From assembly GCA_043228905.1 (NCBI GenBank), contig JBHGNT010000011.1, positions 16,616,001 through 16,680,000 on the forward strand: 64,000 bases of DNA, given 5' to 3'. The DNA comes from Azolla caroliniana (lineage: Eukaryota > Plantae > Polypodiophyta). Below, one piece after another: positions 1 through 13,718 of the stretch (positions are counted from its first letter, which is position 1; every line of letters begins with the position of its first letter). The notes under the pieces were generated by a model that did not search any database, was not told the DNA's origin, and saw only the letters and a list, made by a program, of their open reading frames with translations. The position numbers and the translations under genes are program-made.

Positions 1-2095
1 ACCTGTTTTTTGTCCTATCATCAGCCCATCCACATCTCTAATTAATGGGTTCCAAACAATAGGCATGTACATTCAAGCATATGCATCATTTCTCCACCTA
101 CAAACGATTCCCTTTCTTATTCCATTCCATGCCTTCATAATTCCAACAACACATATACTCTGTGTACATCCCCGGTATTTGGGTCGCATTTCAGGGACAA
201 ACCCCCAAAAAGGGCTACTTGGCCAACTCCCGCCATGTCTTGGCAACCACATCTTCCATCTGCGTTGCCAGAGAATTTTCCAAGGTGCCTCAGGGGGTTG
301 CAAGCTCCTGACCACCAATTTGCCTAGCAAAGCCTTCATTTGCACCACAAGATCTATTAGTCCCACCCCACCTTCACGTTTATCTTTTATGAGTGTAGTC
401 CATGCAACCTTTGCACAAGCATGTTTTTCCTCGGTGCCCCCCCATAAGAAATTTCTAATCAACCTTTTTATCAATTTCATTGACTTGGGTGCGATTATCC
501 AACATGCCGCAGTAGGCCATATTGTGGCCATTAGCACCTGATTTGCAATCACAATCTTGGCCGCAAAGGATAATTTTCTTGCATTCCACCATATTAACTT
601 CGCTTTTATTTTGTCCACAAGTAGAGTGTAGTGTTCTGAGCGATCAATGTCCATCCCGATTTTGAAACCCAAGTATCTAGTAGCTTCTCCTCTCCTCAAC
701 CATCTGAAATTAGGGTCTGGAGCCCAATTTACCACAGGCTTATTGCTAATCCAAATGCGCACTAATTTATTCCAGTTTATATTCGCACCCGACCCCCTAC
801 AAAACTCATTTATTGCACTTTGTAGTCTGTCCAAGTTGTTTGCATCCCCCTTAACATAAATTCTTGTATCATCAGCATATTCTGTATCAAGCATCATTCC
901 TACATTCTCGGGTAGGGGAAGGCCTTGTATTTGCCAATATCTATCACTAATCTGATAATGCAACGCTTCCGCTGCAATAATGAATAGGTACAAGGCCAAT
1001 GGGCATCCCTGGCGTACCGACCGTGTCATCCTAAAGCTCTTCCCCAAGCTTCCAGCCATTAAAACCTGGCTGGAAGCATCCCTATAAAAGGCAGCCAATC
1101 CAAGGATCCATTGCTGCTCGAAGCCTAGGGCAACCATCACTGCTTCTAGGAATTCCCATGAGATCCTGTCATATGCTTTTTCAAAATCGAGTAACATTAC
1201 TGCTAGGGCCACTTCTTGCTCCTCTGCCCATGCTGAATACTCCCAAAAAGTTATCACATTGTCAACAATGCTCCGGTTTTCGAGGAAGCCAGTTTGCGTT
1301 GTATGTATTATGTCCCCTAGGACCGTTTTCAATCGACTACTTACAACTTTAGCTATGATCTTATAGCCATTAGTGAGAATCGTCAAAGGTCGCCAATTAT
1401 CAAGCATAGTTAGATCTTTCCCATCCTTGGGAATTAAATAAATCATTCCTTGACACAGTGTCAGAGGCATTAAACCTTCAGCCATAATGTATTGCATCCC
1501 TTCCAACATGTCATCCTTAATTAAATCCCAATATTTGATGTAAAAATATATAGGGAGTCCATCTATGCATGCACAACTTTGTTTGTTCATATCTGAAATT
1601 GCATCCCACAATTCTTGTATACAAATAGGGGTATTTAGACAGTCCATCATCTAAGCCGAAACTCTCTTCGGTATCCTGTTTATTATATTTCTAAAGGCAT
1701 CCTGCTCAATATGTTCCTCGTTGCATACATTCAGTAGTTGCATATAATAGCTCGTGGCCATCCCAAGCATTTCCTTCGCGCACGTGGTCATTGTGCCATC
1801 TGTCTTTTTCAAACACGAAGGTTGGGTCCCAGAGCCTTTGCATTTTACAACTTCAAAAAAACCTTTCGTAACATGGTCTCCTACCCTCATCCAATTTACT
1901 GCTTTACTACGATAGGCATTAGTAGTCCTTAGTTTCTGATACATATCCAATTTGCATTTTGCCTCCTCTATTGTTGCATAGCTTGTAGTTTTTGCTCCAC
2001 TTGTTTCTCATATGGTATCATCTGTTTGATCAGATGTTAGCATTAGCCTTTGTATCGCAATAGAGGCATGATGAAATGTCTCCTTTTGTTTTCTA
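1..2095 (-). mobile_element. L1-type LINE ORF2 fragment (reverse transcriptase), inactivated; continues off the left edge
   Basis: ORFs 1651..1950 and 73..1650 are one frame split by a TAG at 1651-1653. RT motifs: WRPLTIL, QTGFLENRSI, LLDFEKAYDRISW, RSVRQGCPL, YADDT, RYLGFKIG, GGVGLIDL. The frame reopens after the TGA at 73-75 (MYMPIVWNPLIR). Confidence 0.93.
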
Positions 2096-2190
2096 TATGT
2101 ACATTTCTCAAGTAATATATTAAGGTGTATATTTCTTTACAAAAAAAAACTAATGTGAAACTGTGTTTTTTTGGAAAATAAAATAAAAAA
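2096..2190 (+). mobile_element. L1-type 3' terminus with A-rich tail
   Basis: tgtacatttctcaagtaata...actaatgtgaaactgtgtttttttggaaaataaaataaaaaa resembles the 3' end of the L1 copy at 13650-13718 (tgtacattctctttgtaata...actaatgggaaagtagcttcattttggaaaataaaataaaaa). Confidence 0.6.
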
Positions 2191-5100
2191 ATAATATAGA
2201 GTGGAGGATTGTAAGTTTGTGTAGGCTAAGAGGGCGTCTTGTATTTTTCCAAACAGGAATATACTCCATTAGTTAAAATATACACAAACTCGATCCCTTT
2301 CTCGGGTAATCTAGGCAAGAGGCATCTTGTATTGTAATGTTAGATATAGTACTATGTAGTAAATGTTTATAGAGAGGTAATGTATCATATAGTTATGACA
2401 ATTGTGTAGTATAGTTTTGAGAGGAGCATGCATAGTACATTTGTCATGTTATTAGAAAAGTGGTTTCTAGTTTAATCTGAAATAGATCAATGTTAGTCAC
2501 ATGGCAACGAGTCATTATCTTCTTGCTTGTTTTGTTAATATTTGTATTGCCATCAACCTTGTCTTTGTAGCTAGTTCTCTTAGCTTCACTACATTCATCT
2601 TGTCTCTTGTCGTAGGCCTCCTAGGTTGGATCTAGGATCCTTGTCTCTTCTACCTCTACTTTTCCTTTGCTTACTGATGCATGTGGTTCCTTTGATTGAT
2701 TGAAATCACCAATTCCCCATCCATGCAATCTCTCACTCATTAATTTGCTCCATCACTCATCCTATTGATTGACCTCTAGCCCATCCACTCATCCTCTCAT
2801 CTAACTCAAATACTCATTATTCTCTCATTCACCTATGCACTCATATGCAACAACACCATCCTATTTCTCACTCATGCTCTCCTTGCACATCCACATCCCC
2901 CACAATCCCCACTCACTTTGTGCAATTATCTAATGTTCTTGACAGTAGAACCACCATAACATTACATATGTTGGAATTAATATTTTCCATAATCTTCTCT
3001 CCCATGCAATATAAAATTGTCTTCTATAGTAGTCTTAATGATTATGTTATGTATGAGAGAGTTTAATATTTCATTCAAAGGCTTCAAGACATCTAAAACA
3101 AAGACGATATGAAAGCATTGCATGTTTTTTAATAAGTTTCCTTCCTCTCCCAACGTTGCTTTGTTCTTACATACTCATCTTGATACAACTTCTAGTTTAA
3201 CGATGACCGTAATTGTGTTGATGAGTTCTAAGGACATTCCTTGATTCTTTTGGCAGGATCATAATGTCGACCTTTTTTTCTTTTTTCTTTTTTCTTTTCC
3301 TTAAGAGATTTTCTTCAATAGTATTAAAAACGTCTAAAGACTACAAGTTGAAGTTACCTACCGAGAGGCTTACAACGTAGAATAAAAGATATTGTATGCA
3401 CACCAAAATAAAAGGATCGTAATGTCTGCCTTTCAAATGCATAACGAAAAAGTATGTGTGAGATTTTGGCTACTCTAAAATGCGAATTATTATTATTATT
3501 ATTATTATTAAGTTTTCGTTGAGTAGATGTGTTTAGATTGTACCTTTTATAAGTATGTTATGGAGAGGCATGTGATAAATTATGCAATATTTATATACTC
3601 TTTAACTCCATTAGAAACACTTGAAACTCTAGAGTTTATATAATAGCATTCTCAAAATGTCAGATCCTTCACATTGAAAGAACAAAACAAATGTTTGGAA
3701 TTTTGAGATTATCGTCAACAGTCAATATATTCAACGATGTTTTTTTATGTCGATACAACACCTCATGATCACCCATAATGAAGTTGTGGTATAGAAAACA
3801 AATTCCATTGTTTATTAATTATGAGCATGGAAACATTGTCCGCCACAAGAGTAAGACCCTTTTGCAAAATGATAATATTCATAGGGCTTCCACTCTCCAC
3901 ATAATGAAGTGAATGATAAACATAATATTGGAACTAGTAAGAAAAAGGAAAATATTGTCACAATTGATGGTTGGTAATGATAAATGTTCCATTCAATCAA
4001 CAATTATCATGTTTCGACCTAAATAGCATCTTCAAAAGTATATTAAACTTTTGTCACATATATACCTTCCATGCCACGCCCTTGTTTTTAAAAGTGATCA
4101 CACAATATTCTTACTTAAGGAAATGGTAAATCAATAACATTTGTTGATCTAGTAGGGCCATAGATGTTACTAACATAGCACATTGTGGTGAGATAGTGAT
4201 TGTAGCCCATGTGCAATTGTAGGGCATAATTCCTAGCTAAACCAGCTATTAATCTTATCTCTAACGTGTTTAATGAGGATAGGCACATGTTAAGTTTTTG
4301 AGATTGCAACAACGTGTCATAATCTGGGTTCACTTAGAAATGCATATGGTTGAGAATATTTGATCAACTACTTCCATTTATTCTCGTGCCACCACTAGAG
4401 GAATCACTTGGGCTCTTTTATTGCCGGTTAAAGATTAGTAATATAAGTGTATGCATGAATGCACTATCAACTCACAACATTTATGTTTTACTACTTTCAC
4501 CTCCGTACGTTGAAGGGCATGGAATGCTATTTGGTAAATCACCAAGCTAGAGAGATGGTGGAAATAAGGTTTGCCACTTAAACTAAGGGTGTTTCTATGA
4601 CAATGCTTATTGTGTACTCCCCATTGTATTCGACTTATATAAAAGGAGAATTATTATTCTATTTGTTTGCAATAGCATAGTAAACCATGAAAACCGCTTA
4701 GTACTTCATTTTGTCATGGACTTGTCCATCAACAAGAACTTTTATTCATAAACTTAGAGGTAATCTTCGAATTAGGTTTCCAAACACATCGTTTGCAAAA
4801 TTGTTTTGGTAGTTTGGCCTCCTTCCTCGTCGATTGCAAGAGGATGGCAATTTTTTCCATTGGCTTAGATTTTGGTCACTTTGAACAATTTGGGTATAAC
4901 CCAAAACCATTCTGTGTTTTGGTAGCCACTTATCATAGCGGACTTTTGTTTCTTTAAGTCCCCTCTCAAACAATATAATTCTGTGATTGTTTTTAGTTTT
5001 CCGAAATCTTGTACGAATATTTTGAATGCTTTAGAGTGCCAAAGTTTGTAGGATTATGTGGGGTTTTTACCTCATATTGAGGTTTCCCACTAGCAAGACG

Positions 5101-7152
5101 GGTATTGCTAACAAAAAGGAGATAGTGATTGCATGGGTAGAATGCAAATATCATAATATTGAAACTAGATGCAATCCTTTTAATGTAACTCAAGGGTTGT
5201 TCTTGATTAGAGGTTTGTTCCCTCCTTCGATATTAAACAACCAACTGCTACCAATATGGCACCTTTGTGATATGTTAAATAGAATATCTTATAATGTCGT
5301 AAATTCAATATTAATGATAGTATACCTAAATCTAATGAGGAAATCTCTAAATCTCTAATACAACAAATGTTATTGGTTAGTTTGCATGATTAGGTGTATA
5401 GCAAGCTTAAGGAGATTTAATCCCCATTGTAGATTTTGTTAAGTAAATGAACTTATTGAAGTTGAAGGTGGCAAATTTGGGGTAACTCTTGTTTAGGTGC
5501 CAATATGCAAAGATTTTGGGCACGCTTCATGTTTATAGTGGCACGTGCATGACAACAATGTAATGTATTGATAAATGTAATGACTACAACATCAATGAGT
5601 CATGAGAGCAAATCTCGCGGTTCTAACTTGATAACTATCACATCTAGGACGTTAATACCTAAGGGAAAACAATACAATGTTTTATAGGATACATCATAAA
5701 ATGTTCAAAGTGAATCTATTTATAATGTTCAAGGCAAATAAGATTGTTATATGGTAATGGTAAACATTGATATCAACATATGATGTTATTAATAAGAAAA
5801 GCTATAGGAAGACCCTAATATATGAATATTAATGAGCCAAGGTTCTTGGAATTCAAGATCATGGTATTCAAAAGTGAGGTTGATTTTGGTAACAACCATT
5901 GGCTACTATAATGCTTTTTAACTTATATCATAGGAAAGAACTTCTCCAAGACGTAGAACAACCAATGCTCAATGCTCATTTTAATTTAAATGGATTTAGG
6001 CGAGATTGAGCCTCTATATTGGAATGTTCCATGGCTAGTAGACATGAGCCGACAAGTTGGCACGAAAAAAGCAACTTTGTCTATAAAGTTGGATGGGTTA
6101 AACATGGGAAAACAAGTGGTCATGTAATTATAACATACGCAAAGAAATCACAATAGAGTATATTAATCATTTGTGATATCAGCAAATCATGTGTCCTCAC
6201 AATGCAAACTTTTATGGAAGTTAAAACCTATATATTCTAATTATGAGCTCAAGTGGTGCCAAGTCAATATTACCTATTCATCTTGCTAAGATAATGTGTG
6301 TCTCTCTCTTTTAGGATAATAAACTTAATCTAGATATGTTCATGCAATTTTCTTTCGTGAACAATTGCTATTAGCTGATTTTAGTACATTGGAAATATAC
6401 AATGTTTGGTATGCTCACGGCCAGATAATATTATTGATATGCCATGGGGATTCGTGTGAACATTTATACCTTTAGTAAGTTGATAGTTTGAATGCTAATA
6501 AAGTTGTGACTGGTCATTGGGGAGAGGAAAAGGGTCCTTACAATATCACTGGTTCCTTGTACTAGTTAACTTACCTCCAGATTTTCCCAAAGCCGACATG
6601 TAGGTCCTAGTAGAAGATCTCTGAGATTGGCTACGGAATGAATGGGAATATATTTTCGTTCATGGGGGAAAGGACCCTTGAAAGCGACACACTGAATGGT
6701 CATCATCACGGAGGTTGATGAACGGTAGCCCGAAACAGAGCGAGGGGTCAGGGCATGTGGTTGCTCATTCGTTCCGAACATGTCATAATGCTTTATACTC
6801 TACAAAGATGATGCAATGGAGTAGAAGTATAAAGAGAGAGAGGGGGGGGGGGCGACCAGACTATTCGGAACTTCTACAACCAAGAGGAATGAGAGAAAGT
6901 TTATTTATTTTTGTTAGGGTTTTGTTTTTGTGAAGCTAGCTAGAGGTGTATAGTTTTAGGAGTGAAATTAGTTAGTTAGTTAGTTAGTGAGTGAACAGTG
7001 AGGGTATGATATGCCCCCCACCCCCCCACTCATGAAAGACATTGGCATGGAAAGTGTCGCTTTGGCTACTGTTCTCTACTTTGGCGTTTTGCGTGGGTAG
7101 ACGGACAGACTAGATAACGTAGAGCTTTCTACATTTCCACACACATATACAC

Positions 7153-7176
7153 ATACGTATACGTATACGTATACGT
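7153..7176. promoter_or_regulatory. Tandem (TACGTA)n A-box/ACGT-core array upstream of the zinc-finger gene
   Basis: atacgtatacgtatacgtatacgtg lies about 140 bp upstream of the first ATG at 7312. ACGT cores are bZIP-type sites; function here is inferred only. Confidence 0.3.
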
Positions 7177-7311
7177 GTAATGAGTAAGTTTTTTTGTTTT
7201 TTGTTTTTTTGAGACAATTCCGAAAAATGAGTGAATATTAAATGCATGCAGATCATGATGATGAGCAGATCAACTTACAAACATACATAGTGGAGCTAAC
7301 TAGCCTAATTC

Positions 7312-8946
7312 ATGACTTTTAATGGCCCCAAGAAGAAGAAGAAGAAGAAGAAGAAGAAACAGAAGGAACGGATGATGATAATGATGACGGAATTAAGTAA
7401 TGTAATTGTAATGGGTAGTCATGATCATGATAATGATAATGATCATGGTGGTGGTGATGGCGATGGCGATTGTGACGGCGACGGCGACGGCGACGGTAAT
7501 GGTGATGATGATATTGATGGCAGCAATGGCGACGGCGACGGCGACAGCGAAGACGTCGGGTTCAAGTTATTCGGCGTCGATATGGCGATGACGGCGGTGC
7601 ACAGCAAGAAGCATCATCCCCACCAAGCTGGAGAATGTGCAGGACTCGACGACTGCAGAGACGGCGGAGATCAGAAGGGCTCGGTGGGTCACGATGAATC
7701 CTTATCGCCAGGATTGCCCGCGGAAGGGGCCGCACTCGATCGGAATGAAGGCGATGTGTCGTACAAGCAGGAGCTGCCGGACTGTACGGCGCCGCCATCG
7801 CCGACGAGCCGCGTGCAAGAGCATGATGGTGACGGTGATGATGACGGTGCTGCAACTGCTCAGGGGCGGCTGCCTGTCTGCGCCGATCAGTGCGATCCTC
7901 CTGGCCGCCGCCTCTCACCGACGGCCGCTGACGCCATCGACGCCGCTCCGCGTGGCAGCGGAGATGGCGGCGGAGCCACGGCCGGCGGCCGGCGGTTCGA
8001 GTGCCAGTACTGCTGGCGCGAGTTCGCGAGCTCGCAGGCATTGGGCGGCCACCAGAACGCACACAAGAGGGAGCGGATGAACGACAGGCGGGCCCAGCTG
8101 GAGGCGTCGCGCCTCGCCCAGCTCGCGCTCCTGCACAGCAACAACAGCCACCACTACAGCATCTGGAACACGCCCTTCCATGGCCATGGAGGCAGCGGGG
8201 CTCCGCCGCTCCTGGCGCGATCGCTCCCAGTTTCCGCCATGCTCTCTCCTCACTCCGCACGTGCCTACCCCTTCCCCCCCGCCGCCGCCTCGCCCAATAC
8301 CCCCACCCCCACCTCTCACTTCACCTTCTTCCCCACGCCGCCGCCACCGCCGCCACAACGTACCATGCCAGCTTATACCACCTATAATCACAACGGCGGC
8401 GGCGGCGGCGGCGCTTCGTCTAACACCATGAGCTCCCCGCTCTTCTCGTCTCGCTCACCTGCCGCCCCTCATCTCTTCCCCGCTACCTCCAATCCACAGG
8501 GCGCGGCAGGATCCGCGTATTACAACCCCCGGAGCTTCGATTCACCGAATTTCGATCCGTACAGTCTCATCACGGGTGGCGGCGGCGCTGTGCCGTACAC
8601 GTCCGACGGTATGAATGCCTCCGCCTTCCCTCCTCCGCCTCCATCTATAGCCAGTGCATCAAATGGCTACATGGATCTTCACGCAGCTGCTGATGAACGC
8701 ACTCCGAATCCTGCAGCCGCTCGGCGCACACCGCCCTCCCCATATAATAGCGCATGCAGCAATCGCTACCGCCCATATTATGCACCTCTTGCAGCGCCGC
8801 TGCCACCCCACCTAGTCATATCAACTGGTGAATCATGGCATCATACAACGCCGCCACCTTCCTCCTCCGCCACTCCCCATCCTACTCCTGTACTCCGTGA
8901 TATAGACCTGAATCTGGCGCTTTCTCAGAATATTATTAAGTCTTAA
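7312..8946 (+). CDS. Single-exon C2H2 zinc-finger transcriptional repressor, GIS/ZFP8-like
   Basis: 544-aa ORF with [27 protein letters not shown] (plant QALGGH finger), an N-terminal KLFGV motif and a C-terminal EAR motif DIDLNLAL. CpG-rich coding sequence. The true start may be a later ATG (7372 onward) because the poly-K comes from an (AAG)n microsatellite. Confidence 0.93.
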   Translation: MTFNGPKKKKKKKKKKQKERMMIMMTELSNVIVMGSHDHDNDNDHGGGDGDGDCDGDGDGDGNGDDDIDGSNGDGDGDSEDVGFKLFGVDMAMTAVHSKKHHPHQAGECAGLDDCRDGGDQKGSVGHDESLSPGLPAEGAALDRNEGDVSYKQELPDCTAPPSPTSRVQEHDGDGDDDGAATAQGRLPVCADQCDPPGRRLSPTAADAIDAAPRGSGDGGGATAGGRRFECQYCWREFASSQALGGHQNAHKRERMNDRRAQLEASRLAQLALLHSNNSHHYSIWNTPFHGHGGSGAPPLLARSLPVSAMLSPHSARAYPFPPAAASPNTPTPTSHFTFFPTPPPPPPQRTMPAYTTYNHNGGGGGGASSNTMSSPLFSSRSPAAPHLFPATSNPQGAAGSAYYNPRSFDSPNFDPYSLITGGGGAVPYTSDGMNASAFPPPPPSIASASNGYMDLHAAADERTPNPAAARRTPPSPYNSACSNRYRPYYAPLAAPLPPHLVISTGESWHHTTPPPSSSATPHPTPVLRDIDLNLALSQNIIKS

Positions 8947-10851
8947 TCCCATGCATGAGCCGCAGTACTTGATCCTCATTCACTCCATTTCCCACAGAGC
9001 ACCCCTTGAAGGTTTCAGTTTGTGAAATAATAACTTGTTTCTATATGAAGAAGAAGATTTGTATCATCAGCAACCAACATATACATTAATTATGTCGTAG
9101 TTTTTCTGTTAGGATTAGAGATCCATCATCTGCATTACATTGAATTTGATGCTATCCATTAATGATTGTACACTGCACTTAAATGCCATATAGTTTGTAA
9201 TAAATTATGTTGTGGATGGGATTCTTATCGGATGCCTAATTTATTCCGGCATTGTTTCTTGAGTGATTACGATACGTCCAAATTTTATTGTATTCAGCAT
9301 TGTTTCGACTACATATATTACCACTCGTGATGGAATGATGTGTAGATGGGCAATGCTTATACCTAATCGATATATTCATGCAAATTAACATGCGCCATTG
9401 TATCGTGAGCTGTGGCGACCACCTCTCCACACAATTTAACTCATATCTCATTCTGTCCTAAGCTTATATGTGCCTATATATTGTCGATCGTGCAAATTAT
9501 TGTCTCAGATTTATATGCGCTCTTCGATAGTTTGTGCATTATATCATCGATACGTGGTCTTTGTCCAAGGAAATCAAGAAGAAACACACTAGGTGTAGTG
9601 GTTCAGAGAGAGCATTAACCTACTACTAAGTTAATAACTACTAAGAAACAAATAGACTTGCGACCGATCTAGCTGATCTTAGCGTCAACGAAATAAAGCC
9701 TCGTTCTTTCCGCGAAATTGTGTTTAGGAGAGATTTTACTTACAAAGAAGGGCCACACGAACAATGCAAAGTAAGACAATGTTTGCAATGAATTTATTTA
9801 TACCAATCCTTAGGTTCTTTTTTGTTGGTTACCTCACCTACCTACGGGTGTGGGGGGTGCTATAGTGCCATCCGTGGGTAGATATATATCGAGTCAGTTG
9901 GGAGAACAATGTTCGGCCGGGTCGGGCTAGTATGCATTTTATCTCCCCCCCCCCCCCCCCCCCCCCGGAAAGGCTTTGATCGCGTGTGAAACGGCCTCAC
10001 ATTCATGATTGCTATAAGAAAGGAAGAAATCAAGTCCAAAGACATATATTACTATTAATAAGGAATCAAAGAGGTAATGATAACAGTAGGATGTATGACG
10101 TGGATGGTTCTACTGAATGGCATGCCACGTCATTATTGAGGGGGGGGGTTTGTTTTGTTTTGGATGGAGCACGTGATGGGACAGAGCCTGTGTGAGAGAG
10201 AAAGAATAATAGAAGAAGAAGAAGAAGAAGAAGAAAAATAAATAAATAGTGGAATGCAACTATCTCCGCACGTTGTTTGTTTTTGTCCGCTAATCACATG
10301 CAAAAGATTGTTGGTTCGAGCCCTGAAAAGCACCAAATTACCCGCTTGACAAATGCATGCGTGCGTGCACCATCCCATCTCTCACATTATTTATATATAT
10401 ACAGATACATAATATACTTATATACACACACATTATTCGTCTAAAAGTATTATTCTTTTACACATTCCAGCTTTTCTCAACAAAAGTCCACTTTTTTGAC
10501 CCATATCTTGTCGAGGCAATATCTACATATCTCCCCCTTGTGTCTCCAAAGTAAAGTACACACAACACACACTCACTCTGACACAACATTCGCTGTTTTT
10601 TTTCTTTTTTTGGGGGGAGGGGGTGGTTTGTTTCGAGCCCCGCGGTCAAGGTTGTGGCAATGGCATCACCTGTTAGTCTACTCGATGTAAGATTGAAACT
10701 GTGGATTTGCAACCTGAACCATGCCTGCCAACTTTTCGCACTCCCACATGCTTTTGCCATGGAGCTCTTCGATTTGCCTAACCCCCCTCAACACCCTTTG
10801 CTCTTTATTTCCTTTTTATTTTGTACTAGCTTGTCTCTCACTCACTCACAA

Positions 10852-10854
10852 GCG

Positions 10855-10902
<48 letters not shown>

Positions 10903-10913
10903 CACTCTCACTC
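10852..10913. repeat. Compound (GC)n(CA)n(CACTCT)n microsatellite
   Basis: gcgcgcgcgcgcacacacac...cacactctcactctcact read directly. Confidence 0.95.
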
Positions 10914-11105
10914 ATATTTCCCATTCAAACTAAAAGGCACATGGTCTTATATCCCTTCACAACTAAAGATAATCCAATCGCCCCCTTCTTCCCACCCTTC
11001 ACATTCAAGCCGCTTGAAATCCCAAGTTTGCTCCAAACCCAATACTTTGAGGTAACAAGGGAAGCTTACAAACTGTCACATATTTTAATTTTGGTTGTGC
11101 TCATT

Positions 11106-11348
11106 TTTTTTTTCCCAAAATGAAGCTACTTTCCCATTAGTTAGGAAGATTATTACATAGAGAGTCTACAAGGAGACTTATACACACATCGGGGAGTCTT
11201 CCTCCGATCAAGTAAAAGAAGATGAGCCTACTTACAATGCCTTGCGGCCTAACTTAATGTAAGAAGCTACCTATATCCAAGGCGATGCCCTTCAATGTTG
11301 CCTAGTATGAGTCGGCTCTTGGGGCCTACAACGAAGAGAGGGTGGCAA
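11106..11348 (-). mobile_element. 5'-truncated L1-type LINE (3' end and poly-A) with 12-bp TSD
   Basis: Its reverse complement aligns with 13472-13718. Poly-T at the left end; TSD gttgtgctcatt at 11094-11105 and 11349-11360. Confidence 0.9.
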
Positions 11349-11875
11349 GTTGTGCTCATTAGTTTAATCTCAATTGTGCCTATACTTCTCCTTCTAGTGT
11401 GAGCATCACACTCCATATTGTATGTTATGTCCAAGAAGAACATCCCATTCTTATCAATGCAACTCTAAAAGATGAAATTGAAGGTTTTAAATTTATCGGT
11501 TACATCGGATATTTCGATACTCAAATATAATACATCTACATTGCTTATTTTGTGCATCAAACTAAAGGTAATGTCAAACTAATGTTGGACATATATTGTA
11601 GACTGTAGTTTATGTGAGTATCAAACTACCAAGACAAGCTAAAAAAGGTACGTGGAGACAACTTCAATAATCACAATTATAACGACAATCCTTCTTTGGA
11701 TATCAATGCATCTATTTTTTTTGTAGTATCAATATCTCTAAGAATATTGAAAGGGAATATGGGACAAATATGAAGTTGTCAATATAGAAAGAGTGCAACA
11801 TTCAAATTGTATTGCTTTTTAGGTACAATAGATTCTAATTGAAGTAGAGATTAAGCTTTATGTTAACAAAAAAAT

Positions 11876-11881
<6 letters not shown>

Positions 11882-11921
<40 letters not shown>
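11882..11921. repeat. (GA)n microsatellite
   Basis: Read directly. Confidence 0.95.
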
Positions 11922-11924
<3 letters not shown>

Positions 11925-12654
11925 TAACAAGGATGAAAGTTTTGTACAAGATTAAAGCTAATGGCATTCTATTAACGGGATAATAACCCCCCTACAAAAA
12001 CTTTCATGATGTAGATTCTCTTAATAACTTCTTTGTTCATTTTATGCGTTCATGCAAATATAGATTTAAAACTCATTAGAGGAACATTAAAGGTGTAAGT
12101 TAACGCAAAAACATTAGACATTGGGTAATAGCCACCTAATCTAATATAAAGCTTGTTCTTAGCATGGTATGTACATTTACATATATCACATATGCACGAA
12201 ACACAAAATACGCCATATATGGGAATTTTTGGCAAGCATAGTGCCATTACACGAAATATTTAGAAATTTCACAACTCCTATATAGAGCCACTAACAAGAA
12301 CTTCTAGAGGCCAACATAATATCTCCAATCACATTAGTAAAAAATATGTTTAAAAATAAGAGTTCATTTCAACTTTCTGTTTTGAAATAAACATAAAACT
12401 ACATAGAAGCTAAGGTTCTTGGCCTAACGAGTAACTACGTAACACTATATCATCGAATACTATCAAACCTTCACTTTTCCATCACATTCTCCTTGCTCAT
12501 AAAAAAGGTAAGGCATGGCTCTTTTAAGGCTAGTTAGATTTTCTCACTGTATTCAATACCACCTTATCCTTCTCATCACACTATGAGACTACATTGTTGT
12601 GAAGCAATTTCTTCATGACATTAGAGCAAATTTAAATAATATTGAACTTTCATT

Positions 12655-13718
12655 GGACCCAGGGGATTTCAGGTGGAAACATGATGGCAAATTTCGCCAT
12701 TTCTTCGAGTACAACACTAAATTGGGCCAGACTTTTCAACTGCAGCTAGACGGCCCCTTACGCAATGGTTGGCGTACATTGGGCATCCTTGATGAGGTGC
12801 TCATTACCTTTTGGAAGGGTCTTTGGCGTCTCCACATGCCGGAAAAGATAAAGTTTTTTTGGTGGCAAATCGGTCATAATGTGGTTCCTGTTGGCGAATG
12901 GCTAGGTAAACGTGGCGGTCCATTAGGCTGCCCACTTTGCCATTCACCTATTGAGACTCTGAGGCATTGTCTGTGGGATTGCCCTCAAGCTGAAAAGGTA
13001 TGGGATAGAGTGACTCGCCTCCTTGCAGCATGTGAAGTGGAAGGAAAAGCATCGTGGAGTGTTGTAGCTTGGATTGATCACTTCGTTGATATGTGGACGG
13101 ATGCCTTCAATGCGGATAGTTGGTGCTACGTATGCAAAATCACCAATATTCATTTTGAGAGAGGCTTGCAATCCGCATCCCCTAGGTTCCCGGAAAATTG
13201 GATGTTGATCGCAAGCTTCACCCTGTAGTATGTATGGAAAGCACATTGCCTAAAGGTCTTTCAGGATCTGGTGCGGCCCCCAGAGGAAGTGATCCTGGAC
13301 ATATGGTTTGCGCTTATCATTTTCCTACGAGGGCAATTGGACGAGGTTTGCAACCATTCCAATGACGTGGTCACTTGCCCGTTTGCGCTTTTGGCAAAAA
13401 TGGCGGAACACAAGGAGGGAGTGGCCCGAGGTGGAACTACCAGCCCCCACGCTGGTTGTTTCCGACTCACTTACCACCCTCCCTTCGTTGTAGGCCCTAG
13501 GAGTTGTCTCGTACTAGCCAACATTGAAGGGCATTGTTTTTAGCTGTAGGTACTTACATTAAGTAGTCAGTCCGAAAGACTATGTAACTAGTCTCATTTG
13601 CTTGAACTTGATCAAAGGGAGATTCCCCGATCTATGTATAAGCCTCCTTGTACATTCTCTTTGTAATAATCCTTCCTAACTAATGGGAAAGTAGCTTCAT
13701 TTTGGAAAATAAAATAAA
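12655..13718 (+). mobile_element. 5'-truncated L1-type LINE (zf-RVT domain and 3' UTR) with 17-bp TSD
   Basis: zf-RVT-like WKGLWRLHMPEKIKFFWW...CPLCHSPIETLRHCLWDCPQAEKVW; premature TAG at 13226-13228; A-rich tail; TSD aatattgaactttcatt at 12638-12654 and 13719-13735. Confidence 0.93.

Noticed and set aside
3600-6500. Short ORFs suggesting a decayed transposon or gene
   Set aside because: No motif I can recognise and many stops; it needs a profile search.
7562-8431. Several overlapping and antisense ORFs over the zinc-finger gene
   Set aside because: Shadow ORFs of GC-rich coding sequence with no recognisable domains.
10690-10800. miR159/319-like hairpin suggested by gagctcttcg
   Set aside because: No complementary mature arm or stem could be found.
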